A DNA stretch of 41,600 nt from a virus (lineage: Duplodnaviria; Caudoviricetes), in the IMG/VR virus record IMGVR_UViG_3300037483_000165, positions 1-41,600 of that record; one strand, 5' to 3'. Position numbers and translations under genes: made by a program. The notes below the pieces were generated by a model, which saw only the letters and a list, made by a program, of their open reading frames with translations, was not told the origin of the DNA and made no database searches. Of the stretch, positions 7,943-16,485 are shown piece by piece. Position 1 is the stretch's first letter; each line of letters begins with the position of its first letter.

Positions 7943-8065
7943 ATGACTCTCTGCCCCACCTGCGGACGTCCTATCCTACCCCGTTGTCCTCAATGCGGTA
8001 GAAAAATGGGGACGATCAAATCCAGGTATGGGGATAATTGTGCTTGTTGCTTCCAACTTAGATAA
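7943..8065 (+). CDS. 40-aa double Zn-ribbon peptide, absent from ORF track
   Basis: MTLCPTCGRPILPRCPQCG...CACC. Confidence 0.5.
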   Translation: MTLCPTCGRPILPRCPQCGRKMGTIKSRYGDNCACCFQLR

Positions 8066-8168
8066 GGTATAGAGTCTTTGTGGGCCACGCGCCCCTACGG
8101 TGAAAGGGTCATCCCCTGTGCTGTGCCTCATCACAGCTATACCGTCAGATTTGCCTATGAGGAGGCCC
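8066..8168 (+). promoter_or_regulatory. structured leader upstream of replication operon (candidate kissing-loop RNA)
   Basis: GGTATAG/CTATACC outer stem; loops CCTCAT and ATGAGG are complementary. Confidence 0.45.
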
Positions 8169-8348
8169 ATGATAGATGATCTTTCCGACTCACTCCTAGA
8201 AGCAAAAATCCGGCACGCACTGGATTTATGTTTGCTAGAGAAAAACCAGAAATCCTATCGCGTCCATTGGCTTCGGCTTACGGAGTTAATCGCGCAGCGC
8301 AGCAAAACCCAAGTATGCAAGATGGAAAAGGAAATGGGGCTTGCGTGA
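8169..8348 (+). CDS. hypothetical protein
   Basis: GAGGAGG RBS; TGATG coupling to replication gene. Confidence 0.65.
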   Translation: MIDDLSDSLLEAKIRHALDLCLLEKNQKSYRVHWLRLTELIAQRSKTQVCKMEKEMGLA

Positions 8349-8989
8349 TGCCTACTCGGTTAATCAGGGAGGGGATTATTTCTAGTGACAGAGTAGACAG
8401 TTTGGATTGGGCAGCAGAAGTGTTTTACCGGCGTTTATTGAATAAAGTTGATGATTTCGGGTTGTATGATGCAAGGCCGTCAGTGTTACGTTCATCTTTG
8501 TATCCCCTGCGTGTTGACCGAGTGAGAGAGGCCGACTGTTCCCGTTGGCTCGCCATGTGTGAGACTGCCGGACTGATTGTTCTCTACGAAGCGGACAGCA
8601 AACCTTACCTTAAGGTGCTGGATACAAAGTGGAAAGTACGCTCCGACCCCAAATATCCTACCCCGCCTGCAAACAGTTGTAATCAACTGAAAACAGTTGC
8701 GCCCGTAGTCGTAGTCGTAGACGTAGGCGAGGACGGTAAGAAGCCTCCCCCTAAAAACGGACGCCGGAAACCCAAGACAGCTATTCCTGAAGGCTTCGGG
8801 GTTTCTGAACGTATAGCGGGGTGGGCGGCGAAGCGCGGTATTGAAAACTTGGATAGGCACTTGGAAGCATTTGTTAGCAAGTGTAAATCCAAGGACTACC
8901 GATACGTGGACTGGGATGAAGCGTTTATGGGCGCGATTCGGGATGATTGGGCGAAGATTGGGAACGGGGCTAGGCGGGTAGCGATATGA
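8348..8989 (+). CDS. phage replication initiator / replisome organiser
   Basis: MPTRLIREGIISS..DDFG..DAR N-terminus; C-terminal YVDWDEAF..IR motif; directly upstream of helicase. Confidence 0.7.
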   Translation: MPTRLIREGIISSDRVDSLDWAAEVFYRRLLNKVDDFGLYDARPSVLRSSLYPLRVDRVREADCSRWLAMCETAGLIVLYEADSKPYLKVLDTKWKVRSDPKYPTPPANSCNQLKTVAPVVVVVDVGEDGKKPPPKNGRRKPKTAIPEGFGVSERIAGWAAKRGIENLDRHLEAFVSKCKSKDYRYVDWDEAFMGAIRDDWAKIGNGARRVAI

Positions 8990-9876
8990 TCGTCCCCAAC
9001 TCAACCATTCGTAATGAAGTCCTGGATTTGCACAAGTCCGGGGGGTTGCCCCGTGGTTCCTCTACCGGCTGGCCGTCGCTGGACAAGCTCTACACCGTGG
9101 GGCTTTCGCAATGGACGCTGGTTACCGGAGTCCCTCATTCCGGCAAGTCAGAATTCATTGATGCCTTGATGGTTAACCTTGCCAAGCATGATGAGTGGAA
9201 GTTTTTTATCTACTCGCCGGAGAACTGGCCGTTAGCGGTTCACCACGCCAAGATTCTGGAGAAATACATCGGCAAGCCTTTCAATCCCGGTCCCACCCCG
9301 CGCATGGATGAGGAGGACGTGCAGGCTGGCGAAGATTGGATGGAGAACAAGTTTTATTTCGGCAGGTTTGACCGTCCAGACATTCTGGCAATCGTTGATG
9401 AGGCGGAGCGAACCGTGGCGGACCTGCTACCGCTAAAAGCGCGCTGGAAAACCGGAATTGTGATTGATCCGTGGAATCAGCTTGAGCATTACCGTCCCGC
9501 AGGCTTTAGTGAAACGGAGTATGTGAGCCACGTTCTGAGTTCTGTAATTGATGTGGTGCGCCGGGCAAATATGCACTTGTGGTTGATAGCGCATCCGGCC
9601 AAGATGTTTCGTGATCGTGATGGGAAATATCCGATACCAACCCCGAGGGATGTTTCGGGCTCGGCCCACTTCTGGAACAAAGCGGACAACTGCTTGACTA
9701 TTCACAGAGACCAAGTGGAAGGCTCTCAAGAGGTTGATATTCACGTTCAAAAAGTGAGGCATAAGCATATCGGGCATATTGGCCTCGCAACGCTTTTGTA
9801 TGACCGTGTAACGGGGGTTTATTTCGAGCGGCCGCCCGCTCTAGTTAATCGTTCTTACGCTGCTAAAGATGACTAA
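8986..9876 (+). CDS. SF4 (DnaB/T7 gp4/Twinkle-like) replicative helicase, no primase domain
   Basis: Walker A GVPHSGKS, VIDPWN, LIAHP, SGS..KADN, QKVR. Confidence 0.9.
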   Translation: MIVPNSTIRNEVLDLHKSGGLPRGSSTGWPSLDKLYTVGLSQWTLVTGVPHSGKSEFIDALMVNLAKHDEWKFFIYSPENWPLAVHHAKILEKYIGKPFNPGPTPRMDEEDVQAGEDWMENKFYFGRFDRPDILAIVDEAERTVADLLPLKARWKTGIVIDPWNQLEHYRPAGFSETEYVSHVLSSVIDVVRRANMHLWLIAHPAKMFRDRDGKYPIPTPRDVSGSAHFWNKADNCLTIHRDQVEGSQEVDIHVQKVRHKHIGHIGLATLLYDRVTGVYFERPPALVNRSYAAKDD

Positions 9877-10210
9877 ACTCCCTCGCCCTAAATCCCAATC
9901 CGAGGAGTTATTCGCCTTGCAACTGAGAGCGGAGAAGATAGACTTTTTGCGGGAATATCGTTTTGATGTGAAGCGCCGTTGGAGGTTTGATTTCGCAATC
10001 CCTCTTGGGCTGATAGCAAACAAAACTCTTGCCGTGGAAATAGACGGTGGCACTTGGTCAAACGGGAGGCACAATCGCGGATCAGGATTTGAGAAAGACC
10101 GCGAAAGAGATGCTGCCGCAATGATGTCCGGCTGGAGAGTCTTGAGAGTCACCACGAATCAGGTTAAGTCCGGGAAGGCATTGGAGTGGGTGAAGGCGTT
10201 AATCGAATGA
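9869..10210 (+). CDS. PD-(D/E)XK endonuclease (Vsr/DUF559-like)
   Basis: REYRF..WRFDFA..AVEIDG..H..GWRVLR. Confidence 0.85.
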   Translation: MTKLPRPKSQSEELFALQLRAEKIDFLREYRFDVKRRWRFDFAIPLGLIANKTLAVEIDGGTWSNGRHNRGSGFEKDRERDAAAMMSGWRVLRVTTNQVKSGKALEWVKALIE

Positions 10211-10362
10211 TTCCGGAACTCAACGAGGATGATGTTTTAGTTAACTGGATTTTGCAGAGTCCTGAAGATGGCCCTATCTTCTCGAAGCGTGAATACTTAA
10301 GGGCAATTCGTCGTTTGGTCTTTTTATTAACCAGCCTGGAGAGAGTATCGAATAACCCCTGA
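10207..10362 (+). CDS. small hypothetical protein, absent from ORF track
   Basis: ATGA coupling; MIPELNEDDVLVNW... Confidence 0.45.
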   Translation: MIPELNEDDVLVNWILQSPEDGPIFSKREYLRAIRRLVFLLTSLERVSNNP

Positions 10363-10396
10363 TTAGTGTCTATTACGGAAGCCGTGAGGCTTCCGA

Positions 10397-10759
10397 ATGG
10401 ATACTATGACTGATCTGGAAATAACCCTGATTTGCGCTCAGGCGATGGGCGTTATCGTGGTTAATGATTATGCTGATAATCAGCCTGCGCAAGGGGTGAG
10501 GGCGGCTTACGAAACCGGACCTTATCCGCCGAGGGAATATATTTACGATCCTTTGAGAGACAAAGGGCAGGCTTTCGAGATGATCGAAAAGTTTGAATTG
10601 GACATAGACAAAACAACTGGCAAGTGGCGTGTGACGTGGTGGAAAAACAGGACAAACGGACTGGACGTGTGGAATAGCTGGGTAACGACAGTTACGGGTC
10701 CGCGAGATTTGAATCGTTGTGTGTGCGAGTGTGTTGTAAAAGTCATGGAAAGCCAATGA
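10397..10759 (+). CDS. NinX-like protein
   Basis: MTDLEI..AQAMG..YDPLRDKGQAFEMIEKFELDI..LNRCVCEC. Confidence 0.65.
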   Translation: MDTMTDLEITLICAQAMGVIVVNDYADNQPAQGVRAAYETGPYPPREYIYDPLRDKGQAFEMIEKFELDIDKTTGKWRVTWWKNRTNGLDVWNSWVTTVTGPRDLNRCVCECVVKVMESQ

Positions 10760-10950
10760 ACTTCCCACAAGCGATCATTGATCGGTTTGCTAATCCTGAG
10801 CGTAGGATGACGCTTTTTGGGATGGATATTCATTCTTTGAATCGTGAAGAATTGATAGCCGCTGTTTATCTTGTCGGAGAAGAATTGGAGTTGGCAAGAA
10901 GCATGCATCAATCAACGCTTGATATGTTTAAGTTTATTAGAAAAATATGA
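10756..10950 (+). CDS. hypothetical protein
   Basis: ATGA coupling at both ends. Confidence 0.6.
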   Translation: MNFPQAIIDRFANPERRMTLFGMDIHSLNREELIAAVYLVGEELELARSMHQSTLDMFKFIRKI

Positions 10951-11600
10951 AAGCCCTGATACTCGGCTCGAAGTCTGAGATAGCCTCTGACTTGCAAATC
11001 CGCTTGATGGATGACGGATGGGCGGTGAGGGGTTGGCATCGTGGGTCGAAGTCGTTACCGCAATCTAAATGGAATCTGTGCTTGATTGCTATCGGTCAGG
11101 TCGCGCCCGTCGGTTATTGGTGGGAGTTGGGGGACGAATTTAATGAATGTGTATATTCAAACGTCCTGACGCCGCTGAGTTTGTTAAAGCGAGTCTGGGG
11201 TTTGAGGGAAAAGGCGGCTACGGTTTGTTTTTTTGCAGGCTCCAATCCGCAAAAGCCGATGGCAGGCTACAGTGCTTACAACCTGGGGAAGATGGGATTG
11301 CTTAAGCTCGTCGAGCAACTGGACATGGAAACACCGGACGCGAAGTTTGTTGCTTTAGCGCCGGGATATGTGCCTACCAAGATTCACCGAGCGACGATAG
11401 AAAAGGGATGGCAAAACGAGAGAATAGATCGCGGCGGCGGGACGCCGTTACCGGAGATTTACAAAACATTGAAATGGATTATCAAGCAACCTAAAGAGGT
11501 GGTCGGGGGGAGAAACATTTGCGTGAGTGATATTCGGCCCGATCTGGATAAGCGACTCAAGGAAAATTTATCGATGTTCAAATTGCGGAGGGTGGAATGA
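10947..11600 (+). CDS. short-chain dehydrogenase/reductase (SDR)
   Basis: ALILGSKSEIA degenerate Rossmann start, catalytic YNLGK (YxxxK), PGYVPTKIH. Confidence 0.85.
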   Translation: MKALILGSKSEIASDLQIRLMDDGWAVRGWHRGSKSLPQSKWNLCLIAIGQVAPVGYWWELGDEFNECVYSNVLTPLSLLKRVWGLREKAATVCFFAGSNPQKPMAGYSAYNLGKMGLLKLVEQLDMETPDAKFVALAPGYVPTKIHRATIEKGWQNERIDRGGGTPLPEIYKTLKWIIKQPKEVVGGRNICVSDIRPDLDKRLKENLSMFKLRRVE

Positions 11601-11773
11601 TAATTCTGGATAAAGTAATAACGGTGTCTTTTATAATTTCTATGTTGTCTATCGTTTTGGGTATTGCTTTTTATGCGGTCAATTTTAATTGGTATATAGG
11701 CGCGATAGTAACTGCTGTAGTTTCTGGCGTCGTGTTTATGGTGCTTATGATTATGGATTTAATTTCGAGTTAA
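11597..11773 (+). CDS. AT-rich two-TM small membrane protein, absent from ORF track
   Basis: MIILDKVITVSFIISMLSIVLGIAFYAV...; ATGA coupling. Confidence 0.55.
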   Translation: MIILDKVITVSFIISMLSIVLGIAFYAVNFNWYIGAIVTAVVSGVVFMVLMIMDLISS

Positions 11774-11778
11774 TGTAA

Positions 11779-11961
11779 ATGAGGTGCCCTATTTGCGATA
11801 AGGATGTGTCTTACCTGCTTGACGTTGATAGCTTTGATTGCATGGAACACGGCCCATTCACGGAAGCTTTTGTAAAAGCGTTTGCCGGATTACCGGAGGA
11901 CGCGGTAAAGGCCGCTCTCAAGCAGCATCAAGAAAGGGAATTTGGGCGTGAAAGTCGCTGA
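11779..11961 (+). CDS. small Zn-ribbon protein
   Basis: CPIC...CMEHG. Confidence 0.6.
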   Translation: MRCPICDKDVSYLLDVDSFDCMEHGPFTEAFVKAFAGLPEDAVKAALKQHQEREFGRESR

Positions 11962-12466
11962 AGCGGTAGCACAGTGTTTAAGGGATAACGGGATACGCCA
12001 TGTGTTTTGTGTATCTGGCGGTGCTTCTCTGCATCTTATCCACGGCATAGCCGATACGGAGGGGATTGATTATGTCTGCCCGCAACACGAACAAGCGGCT
12101 GGATTTGCTGCGGACGCTTATGCTAGGTTTCTTGGAATGGGTTGCGCTCTTTCTACTAGCGGTCCTGGTGCTACTAACCTTCTTACAGCTATCGCTACTA
12201 GTTATTACGATAGCGTCCCTGTTCTATACATAACAGGCCAAGTGGCGACGTTCCGAATGACAGGTAACTCAGGAGTAAGGCAAGTTGGGTTTCAGGAAAC
12301 GCCCATAGTTGATATCGTTCGCAAGATCACGAAATACGCTGTGACAGTGATGCGTAAAGAAGATGTGATTAAGGAGCTTGAGACCTGCATACGAATTGCA
12401 AAGGAAGGGAGAAAGGGACCGACGTTGTTTGATATTCCTGACGATTTGCAGAGGATGGTTCTGTGA
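11948..12466 (+). CDS. ThDP-dependent enzyme (AHAS/YerE-like), N-terminal Pyr domain
   Basis: VFCVSGG, HEQAAGFAADAY (catalytic Glu), TSGPGATN, FQE, GP..DIPDD. Confidence 0.92.
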   Translation: MKVAEAVAQCLRDNGIRHVFCVSGGASLHLIHGIADTEGIDYVCPQHEQAAGFAADAYARFLGMGCALSTSGPGATNLLTAIATSYYDSVPVLYITGQVATFRMTGNSGVRQVGFQETPIVDIVRKITKYAVTVMRKEDVIKELETCIRIAKEGRKGPTLFDIPDDLQRMVL

Positions 12467-13530
12467 TCCTCCCCGCGTTTTTATCCAAGCGTCCAGTCCT
12501 CGTTTACGGGTGGGGAGTCCACCTTGCCGGTGCGGAGGAGGAAGCCCTAGAGCTGGCTGAGTTGACCGGAATTCCTGTAGCCCTGACTTGGGGCGGGATA
12601 GACTTAATGCGGGATGATCATCCGTTGAGAATCGGGGGATTTGGGACGCACGCTTGTCGCGGGCCTAACTTCGCGGTTCAAAACTCGGACTGTCTTATCG
12701 CTGTTGGGACGCGGCTTGATTCCAAGTCCACGGGAACTCCGGTCGAAGCCTTTGCCCGCTGTGCGACAAAAACGGTAGTGGATATAGACTTGCATGAGTT
12801 AGCACGGCAAAAGGGAATAAACGGCGTGGTGATGGACGCTAAAGACTATCTCCGCGAGCAATGCGTTTTGGCGATGCGCTATATCTGCGAGAACAAGGCT
12901 CCCGATTACCGGGAGTGGGTAGATCGTATTCACGACTGGAAAAGGCGTTATCCCCCTCAAGTGCCTGATATTGTGGATAGATTGTCGAATGAACTGAATC
13001 AGGGCGATATTATTGTTTCGGACACTGGGCATGCTCTGGCGTGGATGATGCAGGGATTTCGCTTTAAAGCCCGCCAGAGGTTCACACACGCATTCAACAA
13101 CACCCCGATGGGGTATGGGCTACCTGCGGCGATTGGTGCGTCCTACGCCAATCCTGGCAAGCCTGTGACGCTGATTACGGGTGATGGAGGGTTGCAGTTG
13201 AATATTCAGGAAATGGCGACGATTGCCCGGAACAATTTGCCTATTCGCATAATTCTGTTTAACAATCATGGGCATGGCATGTGCCGCCAGACTCAGGAGC
13301 AGTGGTTAGGGGGTAAATTTCCCTCAACGAGCTATGAGGGGGGTCTAGCCTGTCCCGATTTCCGCCGTATAGCGGATGCGTATGGGGTAGAACTGGAGGA
13401 AATTGATATCGCGTTTGATGAAAAACTGATTCCGCAAGTGCGGTTCGGCAAGCCGAACGAGGACGGAGACCCGCCGCTAGACCGGGATGAACTTGCAGCT
13501 AACATGCTGATTCCGTTATGGGATGCGTAA
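12463..13530 (+). CDS. ThDP-dependent enzyme, central + C-terminal PP domains
   Basis: ANFAVQN-like PNFAVQNSD, VGTRL, MGYGLPAAIGA, GDG-x-NN cofactor motif; AGAGGA RBS and GTGA coupling. Confidence 0.92.
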   Translation: MILPAFLSKRPVLVYGWGVHLAGAEEEALELAELTGIPVALTWGGIDLMRDDHPLRIGGFGTHACRGPNFAVQNSDCLIAVGTRLDSKSTGTPVEAFARCATKTVVDIDLHELARQKGINGVVMDAKDYLREQCVLAMRYICENKAPDYREWVDRIHDWKRRYPPQVPDIVDRLSNELNQGDIIVSDTGHALAWMMQGFRFKARQRFTHAFNNTPMGYGLPAAIGASYANPGKPVTLITGDGGLQLNIQEMATIARNNLPIRIILFNNHGHGMCRQTQEQWLGGKFPSTSYEGGLACPDFRRIADAYGVELEEIDIAFDEKLIPQVRFGKPNEDGDPPLDRDELAANMLIPLWDA

Positions 13531-13709
13531 TGACAAAACATTTGCCATCCCAAGATGACATTATCCGCCGGGATGCTAAAACAATGCTGCTATTTGAGCG
13601 TGACGGGATGATTCACTTCGGGTTGTGGCGGCGATGGAAACGAGCTACCTCAAAGGATGCAAACAAGATTCTGAAAAACTTCTTGAAGGAAAATGAATGG
13701 AAGGGCTGA
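13530..13709 (+). CDS. hypothetical protein
   Basis: TAATG coupling. Confidence 0.55.
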   Translation: MTKHLPSQDDIIRRDAKTMLLFERDGMIHFGLWRRWKRATSKDANKILKNFLKENEWKG

Positions 13710-13772
13710 TAATTCTGATGGCGATTCTTGCGGTGCTAGGAATTTACTCGATCTGGCAGGCGTGGTGAGATT

Positions 13773-13904
13773 ATGAGATTTCTTAAAATATTCTGTAGGT
13801 TAGGACTGCATAGATGGTTCTATTTTGGCGTGGCTGATGAGTGCCGAGTATGCGTTAATTGTAAAAAGTTAGAGCATCTTTGCCGTAGCTTCAATTCATT
13901 TTGA
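13773..13904 (+). CDS. small Cys/His protein (DUF1660-like), absent from ORF track
   Basis: MRFLKIFCRLGLHRW...RVCVNC. Confidence 0.6.
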   Translation: MRFLKIFCRLGLHRWFYFGVADECRVCVNCKKLEHLCRSFNSF

Positions 13905-13914
13905 TGGGGGTTGT

Positions 13915-14220
13915 ATGAGTCAACAAAGCGTTGATGTAACTAACATGACGTGGAGACCTGCGCTGGTCGCGCTCACTCTGATGCCAAACCCGAATGTGGA
14001 TAATGGTGTTGCTACGCGGGCATTTGTTGATCCGAGTGCGATTAGTGCGGTTTGGCGCGCCCAAGTAAAAGTGGAGAATGAGGCTCAGGTGGATCAGCAA
14101 ACGTATACGATTGTGCATTGCTGCCATTACCATGTGGTCGTGGTTGAAACTCCTGAGCAAGTCGCGTTGCTCCGTGATCGCGCATTAGGCCATTCGCATA
14201 GTCCACAAGGCGTTGATTGA
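13915..14220 (+). CDS. hypothetical small beta protein
   Basis: FVDPSAISAV..VVETPEQV, reminiscent of FlbD-like proteins. Confidence 0.6.
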   Translation: MSQQSVDVTNMTWRPALVALTLMPNPNVDNGVATRAFVDPSAISAVWRAQVKVENEAQVDQQTYTIVHCCHYHVVVVETPEQVALLRDRALGHSHSPQGVD

Positions 14221-14272
14221 GTAATTATTCACTATCCCACATGTCCGTCAAATGCTCGCACGATTTTAAATC

Positions 14273-14476
14273 ATGAAAACGTATTGGCAAATGCGCGAGC
14301 AGTTTGAGCGGGAATACCTGATAAACCTGCTCCGACAGACCCAGGGCAATATCAGCCAAGCCGCTAGCCTAGCTGGGGTCCAGAGACCCTATTTTTATCG
14401 CGTCATTCGGCGGCTGGAGATAGACCCCATCTCGTTTCGTATTTCGGTCTCCACCACGGTTAGCCTCGATCCGTAA
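14273..14476 (+). CDS. stand-alone Fis-type HTH protein
   Basis: FEREYLINLLRQTQGNISQAASLAGVQRPYFYR matches the HTH of NtrC/Fis C-termini. Confidence 0.8.
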   Translation: MKTYWQMREQFEREYLINLLRQTQGNISQAASLAGVQRPYFYRVIRRLEIDPISFRISVSTTVSLDP

Positions 14477-14525
14477 CGGTTACAAACTGTTACAATTCGG
14501 CATTGATTTCATTGGCTTTTCTAGT

Positions 14526-14554
14526 TTGACCTAGCACGGCATCCGTGCCATACT
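14526..14554 (+). promoter_or_regulatory. sigma70 promoter with palindromic operator in spacer
   Basis: TTGACC-17 nt-CATACT; GCACGG-cat-CCGTGC at 14534-14548. Confidence 0.7.
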
Positions 14555-14609
14555 CTCTCTACAGTATCACCGCACCGGCCCGATGGCCGGGGAGAGATAG
14601 GAGATCAAC

Positions 14610-14894
14610 ATGACACGCACAGTGCAAATCAGTTTTTACAACCACGACTCTGCGACGGCAGAGCGTGTTGACCCGAGTCTGGTTACCTCGACCGGGAATG
14701 CCGAGCCGACCAGTCGAGTGCTGGAGGGCAGCGGTGACCACGGTTACGCTCAGGAGTGGGCTGAGCCCGCGCAACTGCCCGATGGCCGGAAGTGCCTCCG
14801 CATGTATCTGTTTACGGAGGACGAGATCGCGGACGAGCCCGAGGATTACCCGTGGGACGACGAGCACGTGGCGCGCATCAAGCTGGTAGCCTAG
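14610..14894 (+). CDS. acidic hypothetical protein, first gene of moron
   Basis: AGGAG RBS; GC-rich codon usage. Confidence 0.7.
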   Translation: MTRTVQISFYNHDSATAERVDPSLVTSTGNAEPTSRVLEGSGDHGYAQEWAEPAQLPDGRKCLRMYLFTEDEIADEPEDYPWDDEHVARIKLVA

Positions 14895-14947
14895 CGCCTC
14901 AGCCTGAGCCTGCGGGCTCAGACGGATGCACTCAACTGGAGATCACC

Positions 14948-15265
14948 ATGAAAACGACACATGATTTTCGGCTAGTCCCAGAGGGAACGTTCCGGGAACT
15001 TACCCGCGGCGCTACCGTTTACGAGCTGACAAACGAAGAACGTGCTTGTATGAAGCGGCTAACCGATGCCGGTTTAGTCGTAAGCATTGGCAAGCACTCG
15101 CGCCTGCGCGAGCAGAACGCGGAATTGGCCAAGGCGCTTGAGGAAGCGGCGGATTGTATTGATCTACTCGGCAAGAACTGTGTTGACCGCATATGGGACG
15201 GCAATCGCGGGATACCTGTTACGGCCAAGGGCGCCCGCGCCGCGCTCGCAAAGGCGAAGGGGTAA
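14948..15265 (+). CDS. hypothetical protein with ELAKAL...ARAALAKA module
   Basis: GGAG RBS before MKTTHDF. Confidence 0.65.
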   Translation: MKTTHDFRLVPEGTFRELTRGATVYELTNEERACMKRLTDAGLVVSIGKHSRLREQNAELAKALEEAADCIDLLGKNCVDRIWDGNRGIPVTAKGARAALAKAKG

Positions 15266-15371
15266 GCATGCCCAATCCAAAATACTGGCGCAGTCAGATG
15301 CGCGACAATGTATCTCGCTGCCCTTGGTGCGCCCGCGTCAACGTCCATACCCGCGATAAGGAGGACTAGCC

Positions 15372-15680
15372 ATGTGGGTTTATATCCGCGTCAAGAGCGA
15401 GCCGAATTTGTTCACGGTCGGATTCTATGACCCGAGCGGTAAATGGCAAACTGACAGCGACCATTCCTCAAAGGAGGATGCCGCCGAACGCTGCTCCTTC
15501 TTGAACGGCAACCGGGATGAGGTTCGCCTGCGCGAGCTGAACGTGGAACTGGTTAAGGCGCTTATCAAGGCAGAACATTATCTGGCCTATTACAACAACA
15601 ACCGCAACCTTGGGCAAGGTTGTTTGGGCGCCCTTGAACAAGCCCGCGCCGCGCTCGCCTCAGTCAAGGAAAAGGCGTGA
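15372..15680 (+). CDS. hypothetical protein with ELVKAL...ARAALA module
   Basis: AAGGAGGA RBS; FTVGFYDPSGKW..SFLNG N-terminal domain. Confidence 0.7.
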   Translation: MWVYIRVKSEPNLFTVGFYDPSGKWQTDSDHSSKEDAAERCSFLNGNRDEVRLRELNVELVKALIKAEHYLAYYNNNRNLGQGCLGALEQARAALASVKEKA

Positions 15681-15865
15681 TCCCTGCAGAGCCCCGCGTC
15701 TCCCGCGACCTGGCCGGGCATACCCAAGCGCAGGCTGCCGCCCTGATCGGCGTAGCCCGCAGGACGTTCCAGGACTGGGAGCGGGGCATAGCTCGTATGC
15801 CACCCGGACTACTCAGACTCTACCGGCATCTCGCCGGTCTGGAGCGGATCAAGTTCGGGTTATAG
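15677..15865 (+). CDS. XRE-family HTH regulator
   Basis: HTQAQAAALIGVARRTFQDWERG..MP. Confidence 0.8.
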   Translation: MIPAEPRVSRDLAGHTQAQAAALIGVARRTFQDWERGIARMPPGLLRLYRHLAGLERIKFGL

Positions 15866-15947
15866 GGTAATTAGTTAGTTTACTGTCTATAAAAGTGAAC
15901 ATGCAATAAATTGCACATTACATCCGTTTTGAAATAGTGCTAAAGAT

Positions 15948-15974
15948 ATTCCCGCAACAGCGGGAATTTTTTTT
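15948..15974 (+). terminator. intrinsic terminator at the head of the late region
   Basis: ATTCCCGC-aaca-GCGGGAAT + T7. Confidence 0.75.
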
Positions 15975-15988
15975 GACCAGGAGAAAAC

Positions 15989-16147
15989 ATGGCCACGCCG
16001 AAACCCAAAACCTCAACGCAGTCCGGCACGGGCGGGAGGTCCGCCAGTCAGAATACTCGCGCAGGATCAAGCTCCAGACCCGATGGAGCCTGTAAATACC
16101 CGATCCAATCCAGCGCCCCGGCCAATAAGCAGAAAATCCGTGGTTAG
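15989..16147 (+). CDS. 52-aa basic Ser/Thr/Gly-rich peptide, absent from ORF track
   Basis: AGGAG RBS; MATPKPKTSTQSGTGGRSAS... Confidence 0.6.
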   Translation: MATPKPKTSTQSGTGGRSASQNTRAGSSSRPDGACKYPIQSSAPANKQKIRG

Positions 16148-16305
16148 TTTAACTAATTCATGTTTTTGTATTTCTGTTGGAATGGAGAAACAGGTTTACA
16201 AAAACTATGGAATGTTAGAACTACTGCATAACGAAATGATTAAACGCGGATTAGTTACTGAAACGTTGCCGGAATCTTTGGCAAAAATTATTTGCAAGGA
16301 CCGCG

Positions 16306-16458
16306 ATGGCTAACATCGGCAAGCTAACGCAGTTCAACCCTCAGGGTCAAAAGCCAACCGGGAAAGGGGGTGGTTCACAACCCACTCCCCAGGCGGCCTT
16401 GCTCAAGAAGGGCGGACCTGCAATGCCTAAGCCGATACAGACCAAGCCGGGGAGTTGA
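16306..16458 (+). CDS. 50-aa Lys/Pro/Gly-rich peptide, absent from ORF track
   Basis: AAGGA RBS; MANIGKLTQFNPQGQKPTGKGG... Confidence 0.55.
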   Translation: MANIGKLTQFNPQGQKPTGKGGGSQPTPQAALLKKGGPAMPKPIQTKPGS

Positions 16459-16485
16459 AAATCAATGACTTGGTGTTTGTAAGCA

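Noticed and set aside
11948-13530. Acetolactate synthase as a branched-chain amino-acid auxiliary gene
   Set aside because: No regulatory subunit or other ilv genes; SDR, sugar reductase and GT context favours sugar modification. Disfavoured rather than disproved
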